In this document: positions 36,651 to 45,921 of the stretch, piece after piece
Layout of the letters: every line of letters starts with the position of its first letter
How positions within the stretch are numbered: the stretch's first letter is position 1
Origin: an uncultured Gammaproteobacteria bacterium
Lineage (GTDB): Bacteria > Patescibacteriota > Patescibacteriia > SG8-24
DNA: 64,000 bases
NCBI GenBank assembly: GCA_964491475.1
Contig: CAZBFO010000003.1
Coordinates: forward strand, 136,766-200,765
Direction: 5' to 3'
Position numbers and translations under genes: made by a program
Notes under the pieces: generated by a model
Told to the model about the DNA's origin: nothing
The model's database searches: none
The model's input: only the letters and a program-made list of their open reading frames with translations

Positions 36651-38258
36651 ATGACGGTGATGTTGCCGGAGTTTCGGCTGAATGAAGAAGCGATGCACGA
36701 ATACTGCGAACGCCGCGGAGCAACGCTGCTTCGCGTGCTGCAGGAAGCGCGCGGGGGCACCGATGCCTGCAGCGGCGTGTTCCTGGCGATCGATGCCGAC
36801 GGCATCGTGAAGGTGTTCAAGGAGGAGCTGCCGCACAAGGATGCCGAGGTCGGCGCGACCGAAAAGGAATCCGAAGTGCACGCACGATTGGAAGGGCTTC
36901 CGTTTTTTCCAAGGCTCTACGGGGTTGAGGATTTCGGAGGCATTTCGGTGATGCGACAGTCGGTAGCATACGGACAAGAGCTGCAGGCCTGGCTCGATGC
37001 CGGAGTGCAGTTCGCACCGCAGGAGGTTCGTTCGATCATGGGACGGGTTGCCGGAGCGTTGGCTGTCATGCATGAACGGGGAGTCCTGCATCAGGACATT
37101 CGTCCGGCCAACATCAGGATCGATGGCGACGCGCTGTCGCTGATTGATGTCGGTGACGGTCGTATCTGCAAGGCAGGCAAGGTCATATCCGCGACTCCCA
37201 GCGATCCGGTCTACGCGCCGCCTGAAACGGCTTCGCAAGGGCAGGCGTCAGTCGTATCTGACGTGTTCCAGTTGGGGGCAGTCGGCCGGCAGTTAGCCGA
37301 CAGACGGGCCTTCCAGTACGCGCAACTGAACTCCTGGATCGACCGTATGGTCAATCCTGACCCGAACGGCCGTCCGAGCGCAGCGTCCGTTGCCAGCGGC
37401 TTGGGCGAAACGGGGCGATTGCGCATCCATGCCCCGCGCGGATCGCGCCGTACCTTGCCAGATGCGGGCATCGTGCTGTTCCCGGCAAGGATGGGAATCC
37501 CGCACCAAGGCCACGTCGATTTTATCGCACGGGTCATGGAGTTGGGATTTCCCGTCATCATCTCGCTGCAGCGGTCGTACACGATAACCGACCGCGACCC
37601 GTTGCCGAAGTGGCAGGTGATGAAGATGGTGGCGGCGTCGCTGGTCGAGAAGGGCTTCGTGCCGGACCAGGACTTCAGCTTCGTCTTCACGCCCCTGTTC
37701 GGGAGCGACGAGGCGCATCGGATGCACTTCGCCATGATGCCCGGAATGGACCGGGTGGTCGCGGTGGCGTCGGGCAACCCCGACGTGCAGGCGCTGTTTC
37801 CGGAGCTGCCGTTCATCGACCAGCGCGCGGTGTTCGGTCACGAAGGCGAGGACTATCTGGAACGGTCGTGGGGCGAAGGGCTCCGGGACGCGGTCCGTCT
37901 CGGCGTGCGCGGCACGTTTTCCGCGCTCGCGGCCTCCGGCGTCGAGAAGGTCCTCTCGTTTGCGGAGCTGCGCCGCGATTACGCCGCCGTGCAGGTCGAG
38001 TTCGTGCGAGGCTCGGTGACGGTCGTCGTCATCGACGGTGCCGGCAACGAGGCCGCTCGCGGGCGTGCGCTTCGTTATCTCGCGCCGCAACAGTCTGCCG
38101 TCCGCCACCTGGCGGCGACCGGCCTGCAGACGCGGGTCACCGACCTGTATGCGCGTGACACCGCCGTCGAGGTCGACGGCGTGCCTCGCGTCCTGCGGGA
38201 TGCCGGAACGACCGTCGACGCCGAAGGGAACGTCGAAATCAGCTTCGCGCTCGTTTGA
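36651..38258 (+). CDS. Hanks-type Ser/Thr protein kinase fused to a C-terminal cytidylyltransferase-like (HxGH nucleotidyltransferase) domain
   Basis: Kinase: beta3 Lys GIVKVFKEE, catalytic loop HQDIRPANIRI, DVG in place of DFG, APPE, and DVFQLG. C-terminal: GIVLFPARMGIPHQGHVDFIARVMELGFPVIISLQRSYTITDRDPLPKWQVMKMV matches the NMNAT/CTP-transferase HxGH ... ISxxR pattern. RBS ggagaaagtcATG. Confidence 0.65.
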   Translation: MTVMLPEFRLNEEAMHEYCERRGATLLRVLQEARGGTDACSGVFLAIDADGIVKVFKEELPHKDAEVGATEKESEVHARLEGLPFFPRLYGVEDFGGISVMRQSVAYGQELQAWLDAGVQFAPQEVRSIMGRVAGALAVMHERGVLHQDIRPANIRIDGDALSLIDVGDGRICKAGKVISATPSDPVYAPPETASQGQASVVSDVFQLGAVGRQLADRRAFQYAQLNSWIDRMVNPDPNGRPSAASVASGLGETGRLRIHAPRGSRRTLPDAGIVLFPARMGIPHQGHVDFIARVMELGFPVIISLQRSYTITDRDPLPKWQVMKMVAASLVEKGFVPDQDFSFVFTPLFGSDEAHRMHFAMMPGMDRVVAVASGNPDVQALFPELPFIDQRAVFGHEGEDYLERSWGEGLRDAVRLGVRGTFSALAASGVEKVLSFAELRRDYAAVQVEFVRGSVTVVVIDGAGNEAARGRALRYLAPQQSAVRHLAATGLQTRVTDLYARDTAVEVDGVPRVLRDAGTTVDAEGNVEISFALV

Positions 38259-38266
38259 GCGCAATG

Positions 38267-38296
38267 AGCCCACGGAATCTTCCGTGGGCTTTTTTC
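38267..38296 (+). terminator. rho-independent terminator (agcccacgga atct tccgtgggct + ttttt)
   Basis: Perfect 10-bp stem and T5, 8 nt after the kinase stop. Confidence 0.7.
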
Positions 38297-38340
38297 ATGG
38301 CCGCGACGATGCTACTATTGGCCAGTAACCTAACGTTTGC

Positions 38341-40233
38341 ATGCCCGAAGCTTCCGCAACCACCGGCCGAAAGCTCCTGCGGCTGTTCGAAGAGCCTTGG
38401 CGCGATGCCGCGATCATCATCGCGCTGACATTGGCGGTCTCCGCCGACTACTTTGGTTTCCGTGAGCCGTGGGTGCTCGCGCTCTTCGCAGTGCTCGGCG
38501 CATTGCCTACCGTGCTTTCCGCCCTGGCTTCTTTGCGCAAGCGCACGGTCGGCATCGACGCGTTCAACGCCGTCGCGGTGGTCATTTCCTTCGCCACCGG
38601 AGAACTGCGCTCGGCGGCCTTCATCGCCCTGATGCTGTCGTTCGCGCGCCTGCTCGACTGGCGCACGCAGACTCGCGCCCGCGATGCCATCAGCGAGCTG
38701 CTCAAGCTCAAGCCGCTCAAGGCCGTACGCGAAGTCGGTGAAAAGCTGGAAGACGTGGCCGTCGACGATGTGAAGAAGGGCGACATCCTGCTGGTACGTC
38801 CGGGCAGCCGCGTGCCGGTCGACGGCCGTATCGTTTTCGGCCAAGTGTCGATCAACGAGTCTTCCGTTACGGGGGAGTCGGCGCTGGTCGAAAAGACCGT
38901 CGGCGACGCGGTCATCAGTTCCACGCTGGTGGAGTCCGGCGTGCTCAAGATGGAGGCTACCGGTGTCGGCGCCGATTCGACCATTGAGCGGATGGCGGCG
39001 CTGATGCGCCAGGCTGCCCAGAACAAGTCGCGCACCGAACGCCTGGCCGACCGCTATGCCGGCTGGTTCCTCCCGTTCGTTGCGGTGCTCGGCCTGGTCA
39101 CCTATCTCGTCACGCGCGATGCCGGCAAGACGGCGGCGCTGTTCCTGGTCGCCTGCGCCGACGACATGGCCGTGGCCGTTCCGCTGGCGATGACCGCCGC
39201 GCTCGGCCGCGCCGCCAGCCGCGGCGTTGTGGTGAAGGGCGGCGAGTGGCTCGAGGCGCTCCACAACATGAAAACGCTGGTGCTCGACAAGACCGGCACG
39301 CTCACCTACGGCCGCCTGGAAATCCGCGACGTGCATCCCGAACCGTGGATCGCCGAGGACGAGTTCCTGCGATTGGCGGCGGCTGCGGAAAAATTCTCCG
39401 AACATCCCATCGGGCGCGCCATCTACCGCACCGTCAAACGCAGGCAGGGCACGGTCTCCGATCCCGATACCTTCGAGTCGTTCAAGAGCGCGGGCGTGGT
39501 CGCCATGGTCGACGGCCAGAGCGTCGTTGCCGGCAACGAGCGCATCGTCGCCGAGCGCGGGCTGTCGCTGCCGCCGGAGATGCTGGCGAAGTTCGAAGCG
39601 GAGAAAGACGAGCATGGACAGACCACGGTGCTGGTGATGGTCGACGGGAAGTTCGCCGGGCTGATCACGGTGGCGGACGTGCCTCGCCACGAAGCTGCCG
39701 AGGCCATGCGCGGCCTGAAGGCCCTCGGCGTGGAGCGCATCGTCATGTTCACCGGCGACAACGAGCGCACCGCCGCCGACGTCGCCAGGACGCTGGGCAT
39801 CGGCGAGTTCCGGTCGTCGATGACTCCGGAATCCAAGCTGGCGGAGCTGCGCGCGCTGCAGAAGCAAGGCGCGGTCGGCATGGTCGGCGACGGCGTGAAC
39901 GACGCGCCGGCGCTGGCCGCGTCCGACGTCGGCATCGCCATGGGCGGCGGCGGCACCGCGGTCGCCGTCGAGGCGGCCGACGTGGTGGTACTGACTGACG
40001 ACTTGGAGCGCCTGCCGGAAATGGTCGACCTTGGGCACCGCGTCATGAAAGTGGTGCGGAACGACACGGTCATCTGGATCGCCACCAACCTGTTCGGCTT
40101 CGCGCTGGTTCTCACCGGCTTCATGGGACCGGCCTTCGCCGCCGCATACAACTTCGCCACGGACTTCCTGCCGATTCTCAATTCCAGCCTGCTGTTCGGC
40201 GGGGGCAAGGGCAGGGAAAAGAAGGGGGCGTGA
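38341..40233 (+). CDS. P1B-type (heavy-metal-like) P-type ATPase lacking the N-terminal metal-binding domain, with CPC replaced by CAD
   Basis: DKTGTLT phosphorylation site, SEHPIGRAI (the P1B HP motif), and GDGVNDAPALA hinge. TM6 reads ACADDMAVAVP where CopA/ZntA have ACPCALGLATP. The protein begins directly with TM helices. Confidence 0.75.
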   Translation: MPEASATTGRKLLRLFEEPWRDAAIIIALTLAVSADYFGFREPWVLALFAVLGALPTVLSALASLRKRTVGIDAFNAVAVVISFATGELRSAAFIALMLSFARLLDWRTQTRARDAISELLKLKPLKAVREVGEKLEDVAVDDVKKGDILLVRPGSRVPVDGRIVFGQVSINESSVTGESALVEKTVGDAVISSTLVESGVLKMEATGVGADSTIERMAALMRQAAQNKSRTERLADRYAGWFLPFVAVLGLVTYLVTRDAGKTAALFLVACADDMAVAVPLAMTAALGRAASRGVVVKGGEWLEALHNMKTLVLDKTGTLTYGRLEIRDVHPEPWIAEDEFLRLAAAAEKFSEHPIGRAIYRTVKRRQGTVSDPDTFESFKSAGVVAMVDGQSVVAGNERIVAERGLSLPPEMLAKFEAEKDEHGQTTVLVMVDGKFAGLITVADVPRHEAAEAMRGLKALGVERIVMFTGDNERTAADVARTLGIGEFRSSMTPESKLAELRALQKQGAVGMVGDGVNDAPALAASDVGIAMGGGGTAVAVEAADVVVLTDDLERLPEMVDLGHRVMKVVRNDTVIWIATNLFGFALVLTGFMGPAFAAAYNFATDFLPILNSSLLFGGGKGREKKGA

Positions 40234-40302
40234 CCCCCTTTTTCTTTTTCGGCGAAGCGCGTATTATGGGTCAGCCGCTTACTTTCATCATCATTTCCGC
40301 AC

Positions 40303-40905
40303 ATGCCTAGCATTGTCGTTTACGGGGGCCGCATGGGCTCGTCCTTCCGCGTTCACTGGATGCTCGCCGAGCTCGGTCTCACCTACGAAACCAAGTCCTT
40401 GGACATGGCCAACGGCGAACACAAGAAGCCGGAGTTTTTGGCCGTCAATCCCGCCGGTCAGATCCCCGTCATGATCTACGACGGTTTCACGCTGACCGAA
40501 TCCGCCGCCATCGCCCACTACCTCGCCGAAAAGCACAGGCCCGAACTGCTCGGTGCCACTCCCGAAGTCCGTGCCACCGGCATGCGCTGGGAGCTGTTCA
40601 CCCTGCTCAACCTCAACCCGCACTTCACCACGCTGGCCTTGGAGAAGTGGGGCCGCGCCGTGTCCGGCGACGAGAAGGCCAAGGCCAACGAGGCGCTGGC
40701 GCAGAAGCTGCCGGTGCTCGAGGGCTGGCTGGCCAAGAACGCCTGGGTCGCCGGCGATGCCTTCACCGTTGCCGACGTGGTGGTGCGCGCCACCTTCGAT
40801 TACGCCGGCTTCGTTGGGTACGACCTCTCGGCCTACTCGGCCCTTTCGGCCTGGGTCAGGAAGTGCGCCGAGCGTCCGGCGTATCTTGCCGCGCACCAGT
40901 CGTAA
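40303..40905 (+). CDS. glutathione S-transferase family protein
   Basis: Thioredoxin-like N-domain with the VNPAGQIPVMIYDGFTLTESAAI G-site and a C-terminal helical domain. Confidence 0.75.
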   Translation: MPSIVVYGGRMGSSFRVHWMLAELGLTYETKSLDMANGEHKKPEFLAVNPAGQIPVMIYDGFTLTESAAIAHYLAEKHRPELLGATPEVRATGMRWELFTLLNLNPHFTTLALEKWGRAVSGDEKAKANEALAQKLPVLEGWLAKNAWVAGDAFTVADVVVRATFDYAGFVGYDLSAYSALSAWVRKCAERPAYLAAHQS

Positions 40906-40910
40906 CCGTT

Positions 40911-41828
40911 ATGGAAGCGCTGCGAATCGAAACACTGCGCAAGACCTATCCCGGCGGGCAGGGGAGCCAGCCGGTCGAGGCGCTCAAGGGAGTCGACCTT
41001 TCCATCGCGGAAGGCGACTTTTTTGCGCTCCTGGGAGCCAACGGCGCAGGCAAGACCACGCTCATCAACATCACCGTCGGCCTGGTCACCAAGACCTCCG
41101 GCAAGGTGAAGGTGTTCGGCTTCGATCAGGACACCGACCCGGACGGCGCCAAGTCGCAGATCGGCGTGGTGCCGCAGGAGTTCAATTTCAACTTCTTCGA
41201 AAAGGTCCGCGACATCGTCATCACCCAGGGCGGCTTTTACGGCATGAACCGCGACGAGGCCGCCGCGCGTGCCGACGAGGTCATCAAGGACCTCGGCCTG
41301 TGGGACAAGAAGGACACCGTCTCGATGCGCCTCTCCGGCGGCATGAAGCGCCGCCTGATGATCGCCCGCGCGCTGGTGCACCGCCCCAAGCTGCTGATTC
41401 TCGACGAGCCCACGGCCGGCGTGGACGTGGAGCTGCGCCGCGGCATGTGGGAGTACCTGGTGAAGCTCAATAAGGAGGGGATGACCATCTTGCTCACCAC
41501 GCACTATCTCGAAGAGGTGGAGCAGTTGTGCCGCAACATGACCATCATTCAGCGCGGCACGGTGGTGAAGTCCGGCGCGGTGTCCGCGCTGCTGGCCGAA
41601 GCACAGGGCGCGCGCTACAAACTGACGCTCAACGCGGCCCCGTCCGAGGCGCAGGCCAAGGCCATCGGTGCCGAAGAGATCAAGGACAAGACGGTCACCG
41701 TTCCGCTTTCCGCCGGCAGCACGCTCGACGCGCTCTTCGCAAAGGTGCGCGAGGCCGGCCTGCACGTGATCGACGTCGCTCACGCCCAGAACCGCGTCGA
41801 GGAGCTGTACCTCTCAACCCTCAAGTGA
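40911..41828 (+). CDS. ABC transporter ATP-binding protein (ABC-2 type)
   Basis: The ATG at 40911 lies 6 nt after the GST stop. Walker A GANGAGKTT, signature LSGGMKRR, Walker B LILDEPT. Confidence 0.8.
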   Translation: MEALRIETLRKTYPGGQGSQPVEALKGVDLSIAEGDFFALLGANGAGKTTLINITVGLVTKTSGKVKVFGFDQDTDPDGAKSQIGVVPQEFNFNFFEKVRDIVITQGGFYGMNRDEAAARADEVIKDLGLWDKKDTVSMRLSGGMKRRLMIARALVHRPKLLILDEPTAGVDVELRRGMWEYLVKLNKEGMTILLTTHYLEEVEQLCRNMTIIQRGTVVKSGAVSALLAEAQGARYKLTLNAAPSEAQAKAIGAEEIKDKTVTVPLSAGSTLDALFAKVREAGLHVIDVAHAQNRVEELYLSTLK

Positions 41829-41829
41829 T

Positions 41830-42606
41830 ATGCGACGCATCGACATCATCAAGAACGGCTACCTGACCATCGTACGCCGCGAGGCGCACCGCATCTTCCG
41901 CATCTGGTCGCAGACGCTGCTGCCGCCGCTCATTACGCAGTCGCTGTACTTCCTGATCTTCGGCGGCTTCATCGGCTCGCGCGTCGGATTGGTAGACGGC
42001 GTTCCCTACATGGCCTTCATCGTGCCCGGCCTGGTCATGATGGCCGTGATTCAGAACAGCTTCGCCAACGTGGTCAGCTCGTTCTTCGGCTCCAAGTTCC
42101 AGCGCAGCATCGAGGAGATCCTGGTGTCGCCCACGCCCGACTGGGTGATGCTGGCCGGCTACGTCTCCGGCGGCATCGTCCGCGGAACCACCGTCGGCAT
42201 ACTGGTGTACGCGGTCTCGGCCGTGTTCTCGCATCCGCCGATGCTGCATCCTTGGGCGGTGCTGCTCTTCCTGGTGCTGACGGCCGCGCTGTTCTCGCTG
42301 GCCGGATTCCTCAACGGCATCTTCGCCAAGAAATTCGACGACATCAGCATCTTCACCACCTTCGTACTGGTGCCGCTGACGTATTTGGGAGGAGTGTTCT
42401 ACTCGATCAGGCAGCTGCCGCCGTTCTGGCAGCAGGTCTCGCACCTGAATCCCATCCTGTACATGGTCGACGGCTTCCGTTACGGCTTCTTCGGCGTCGC
42501 CAGCGTGGCGGTGTGGTGGAGCGCGCTGCTGCTCCTGGTCATCAACGCCGCGCTGATCGTCATCAACCTGCGGCTGCTCAAGAAAGGCACCGGAATGAAG
42601 AACTAG
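41830..42606 (+). CDS. ABC-2 family transporter permease
   Basis: The start overlaps the ATPase stop (tgatATG). Six TM helices; ABC-2 signature region around ILVSPTP. Confidence 0.75.
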   Translation: MRRIDIIKNGYLTIVRREAHRIFRIWSQTLLPPLITQSLYFLIFGGFIGSRVGLVDGVPYMAFIVPGLVMMAVIQNSFANVVSSFFGSKFQRSIEEILVSPTPDWVMLAGYVSGGIVRGTTVGILVYAVSAVFSHPPMLHPWAVLLFLVLTAALFSLAGFLNGIFAKKFDDISIFTTFVLVPLTYLGGVFYSIRQLPPFWQQVSHLNPILYMVDGFRYGFFGVASVAVWWSALLLLVINAALIVINLRLLKKGTGMKN

Positions 42607-42610
42607 CCGG

Positions 42611-43258
42611 TCAGCGCCGGGTCGGCTTTCGCCACTCGACGATTTCGCCGGCGCGAATCTCGACGTCGTCCGCTTTCCGAAGCGCGGCGACGTCTTTCGT
42701 TTTGAGGATGCTGACGTGCGGAACCGCGCAGAGGTGCTCCGGCACGAACCAGACCGGATCCTCGGAAGTCATCCAGCCGTGCTTGTCGAAGCGCGCCAGG
42801 TTCACGGGACGGGAGAAGGTCCGCATGGTCTTGCGCCCGTTCTGGAGGAAGTATTCGTGAAAGTAGGACATTACCAGCTCGCGGACGTTGGCGTAGACGG
42901 GTTCGCGGTAGCGCAGCACGCCGTGGTTGGTCTTGGAGAGGGCGCCCCAGCGTCCGCGCTCGCGGAACACGGTGATGACGTGGTCGTAATCGCCATCGGC
43001 GGCCTCGATGTCGACGATCAGCGGCGGATGGCCGATGAGCCGCAGCGCGGCGGCCGCGAACATCGCGCCTTCCATGCATTGCGCGTTGCGCTCGGCCAGC
43101 ACGCGGCGCGGCGACTTGCAGGTGTCGCCGTCCGGCTCGAAGTTGAACGGCATGGCGTTCAGGAAGTCCTGGATTTTGGCAGGCGCGGTCAGCCGTCGCA
43201 GCACTTTCATCTCCGCAGGCGTGAATCCGAAGTCGCGCATATGCGGGTAGTGTAGCAT
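42611..43258 (-). CDS. hypothetical protein, possibly a papain-like thiol enzyme fold (weak)
   Basis: The first ATG is at 43258 (MLHYPHM...). The ORF-track TTG at 43318 would overlap the divergent promoter. A conserved-looking AQCMEGAMFAAAA segment and downstream DYDHVITVF carry candidate Cys/His residues. Confidence 0.4.
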   Translation of the reverse strand: MLHYPHMRDFGFTPAEMKVLRRLTAPAKIQDFLNAMPFNFEPDGDTCKSPRRVLAERNAQCMEGAMFAAAALRLIGHPPLIVDIEAADGDYDHVITVFRERGRWGALSKTNHGVLRYREPVYANVRELVMSYFHEYFLQNGRKTMRTFSRPVNLARFDKHGWMTSEDPVWFVPEHLCAVPHVSILKTKDVAALRKADDVEIRAGEIVEWRKPTRR

Positions 43259-43282
43259 GCGCCTTGCATGCGGGGCACGGTA

Positions 43283-43311
43283 TTGACTTTGGGTTTTTTT
43301 GCTGCTAGCTT
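43283..43311 (+). promoter_or_regulatory. sigma70 promoter (-35 TTGACT, 17-nt spacer, -10 TAGCTT) for the gene at 43340
   Basis: ttgact at 43283..43288 and tagctt at 43306..43311, followed by a strong RBS ccaggaggaaacaATG. Confidence 0.5.
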
Positions 43312-43339
43312 TCGGCAACGTCCTTTCCAGGAGGAAACA

Positions 43340-44241
43340 ATGTCATTTCTGCAAACGTTGCGCGGCGTCGCGTCCATCGTCGGGGCCGGCGTCGACCTGT
43401 GGGTCGAACCGCCGGGAACCGACGGTCTGACCGTCACGTTAGACCGAGGCTGGGCCGAACGGCACGCGGCCGCGCGCAAAGAGTTCCGCCGGAACAATCC
43501 CGAGTTTGCCGAGCGGCAACGGAGGCAGACGGAGGACTTTCGCAAGAGAGGGCTCCTACGCGAGGTGCCGAAGAACCTGCACGAATACATCTGCGCCTGA
43601 AACATGCGGCGACGGGCGGGGAGTGGGAAGCGCGGCTTTCCATCGACGCCGACCAGGAGCGCGTCGACTGGACATACACGTCCGGCGAGCTGTTCAGCCG
43701 CAGGCACCTGGGTTCCGCCGCCATTGGCGTGTTTTTCATCACCCTGCCCGCGGCGGTGCTGCTGTCGCCGTACCTGTTCGTGCGGTCGCGCCTGTACGCC
43801 GCCGAGGAAGAGCGCCTGCAGATGTCTCGTCACGCCATCGCTCTTCTCAAAGCGCTCGGTGATCAGATCACCTTCGACGAGCAGCGCGAGCTGACCGTGG
43901 CGTTCAAGAACGAGTGGCAGTACGAATGGCTGATGAAGCAATCCATCGGTTTCGAACGCGCCAAGGAGTTCCTGAAGGCGCTGCCGCTCACCGAAGAGCG
44001 CGTTACTGCCGACGCCGCCAAGGACTACGACGACTGCGGCGCGACGAGCCTGCACTGGTTCGGCGAACAGGGCGACTGCCTGGCTAGCGGAAGCTTTTAC
44101 GGCGAACGCGACCACTACGTCGACGTGCTCGCCTCGCGTTTCGAAGGTAAAGAGGCCGACGTGCTGGCCGCCTGCTATGCCAAGCGCAGGCTGCGGATCG
44201 ACGGCAAAGACCAAGACGAACAGGAAGAAAAGAAGGCATAA
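43340..44241 (+). pseudogene. hypothetical gene split by a -1 frameshift near 43595 (ORF1 43340..43600, continuation in the -1 frame to 44241); alternatively two adjacent genes
   Basis: ORF1 ends ...KNLHEYICA at 43600. The overlapping -1 frame reads ...RIHLRLKHAATGGEWEARLSIDADQERVDW... with no ATG before 43822. The downstream part has a TM-like segment (AAIGVFFITLPAAVLLSPYLFV) and an acidic C-terminus. Confidence 0.4.
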
Positions 44242-44312
44242 AAAAGAACCGCACTGCATGTGCGGTCCGAGCGCCAAGCGGCGCTCTTTTTCTTTTTCTC
44301 CGGTCGCCGAGG

Positions 44313-45506
44313 TCAGTAGACCTTGGGCTTGCCGGCGTCGAAGCCGGCGGAACGTTTGCCGTTACCGGTCGGTTTGACGGGAACGCCGCGGAGCATGTCC
44401 CAGGGGATGTGCACGCCGATCTGCACCAGCGCGTTGAGGATGTAGGGGACGCGCGCCGGCGACTCCGTCGGCAGACGGTAGATCGCCGCCGCGTAGGACT
44501 TGAGCGCGTCCTCGCTCTGGGTGATGTCGTCCGAGACGGCGAGGTCGAGCAGGTTGACCAGCTCCTCGCGGTTCATGCAGCCGGTCGCGGAGACCAGCTC
44601 TGGCCGTTCGAAGATCGTCTGGAAGTGGTCCGCCTCGGCGGCCAGGCCGCGCGAGACCAGGACGCCCGGCCCGCAGAACACCTCGTTGTACCCGTCGATC
44701 ACCTTCTTTGCCGACGCGATGATCGGGTTGATGTCCGGCATGTTGTTGACCGGGGGAGGGGCGCCCATCTGCATCCCGCCGCCGGCCAGCTGCTGCACCA
44801 TCGTCTGCATCGCCTGCTGGAACGCGAGCGGGTTCGCCGACTGCGTCAGCCACGAGTCGTTCCAGGCCTTGGCCCGATCGTGGAAACCCGAGATGAGCGA
44901 CCAGAAGCTCTCCGCCTTGGAGAGAAATTCCCGCTTGTTCTTCTCGGTGTAGATGCGCGAGGTTGAGACCTTGGCCGCCGCGAACACGTCGCGGTAGGCC
45001 TTCTGCGTGAACAGGTCCTGGAGCTCGTAGTAGACCGGAGGGTACTGCTCCTTGTTCTTGGCGGTGCGGTACTCGATCGCCGACATGAGGTTCTCTTCGA
45101 GGTCGAAGAGGCCCATGCGGTAGGCGAGCAGGACGCTCACGGCGGCCGCGACGTCGTTCTCCTCCATCTTGGGGACGCCGCCGACCTGCAGGAGCTTGAT
45201 GAGCGATTTGCCCCTCGGGATGACCGGGAGCAGGCTTGCGGCTCCGGCGATCGGATCCATAGGGGCGGCCGTGCCCGCCAGGTTGGCGGGCGGCGTCGGC
45301 GCGGGTTTGAGCTCGATGATGAGCTTGCGCGCCTTGACGAGCGGGACGCCGAAGCCGGTCCAGTCGTTTTCGGTGAGCAGCGCCGCGTCCTCGAGCGTCT
45401 CGACCCCGGCGGCCTTGGCCTTGGCAGCCACGTCGGCCACCTTCGCCTTGGCCTCGTCCGTATCGCTGCCGAACAGGGCAGTCAGTTTCGCGAGCAACTC
45501 GTCCAT
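44313..45506 (-). CDS. hypothetical protein
   Basis: The ATG at 45506 (MDELLAKLTALFG...) has RBS gacggagacatctcATG. 397 aa. The longer ORF-track N-terminus (to 45626) is basic low-complexity. Confidence 0.5.
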   Translation of the reverse strand: MDELLAKLTALFGSDTDEAKAKVADVAAKAKAAGVETLEDAALLTENDWTGFGVPLVKARKLIIELKPAPTPPANLAGTAAPMDPIAGAASLLPVIPRGKSLIKLLQVGGVPKMEENDVAAAVSVLLAYRMGLFDLEENLMSAIEYRTAKNKEQYPPVYYELQDLFTQKAYRDVFAAAKVSTSRIYTEKNKREFLSKAESFWSLISGFHDRAKAWNDSWLTQSANPLAFQQAMQTMVQQLAGGGMQMGAPPPVNNMPDINPIIASAKKVIDGYNEVFCGPGVLVSRGLAAEADHFQTIFERPELVSATGCMNREELVNLLDLAVSDDITQSEDALKSYAAAIYRLPTESPARVPYILNALVQIGVHIPWDMLRGVPVKPTGNGKRSAGFDAGKPKVY

Positions 45507-45921
45507 GAGATGTCTCCGTCTTTCGTTGTGGTTGCGCGATCGTATTGGAAGGAACAGACGCTGCAGTACACCCTTTTCTGCCCCGATTGTCAAGCGTTTT
45601 CGACGAGCGCTGCGGCTTGTCCACAACGCGCCCCGCCGGCGCTGCTTGACGGCATTCCTGCGAGTGGTACAACTGCAGGTGTTAGTGTACTACATACACA
45701 AACTAACAAACCGGCACGGCGCGTCAAGGCCGCATGTGGACAGACGCATTGATGGCCGGCGAAGATTGACTTTCGACCGCTTTCTCCGTAGATTTCCGTT
45801 GCCTCTTTTTCTCCCTCGTCCGGTCCACCGCGCCGCGCGGCCGTCCGGGGGAGGCAAAGAACTCCGGTTCGGCCTCGAATTTCGCAACTTGAAAACCAGC
45901 AAAGCAAACCAAGGAGGAAAC

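Noticed and set aside
44362-45672. 436-aa minus-strand ORF in a second frame overlapping gene 44313..45506
   Set aside because: The translation is an Arg/Gly/Pro-rich low-complexity shadow. The other frame encodes a normal-composition protein with an RBS.
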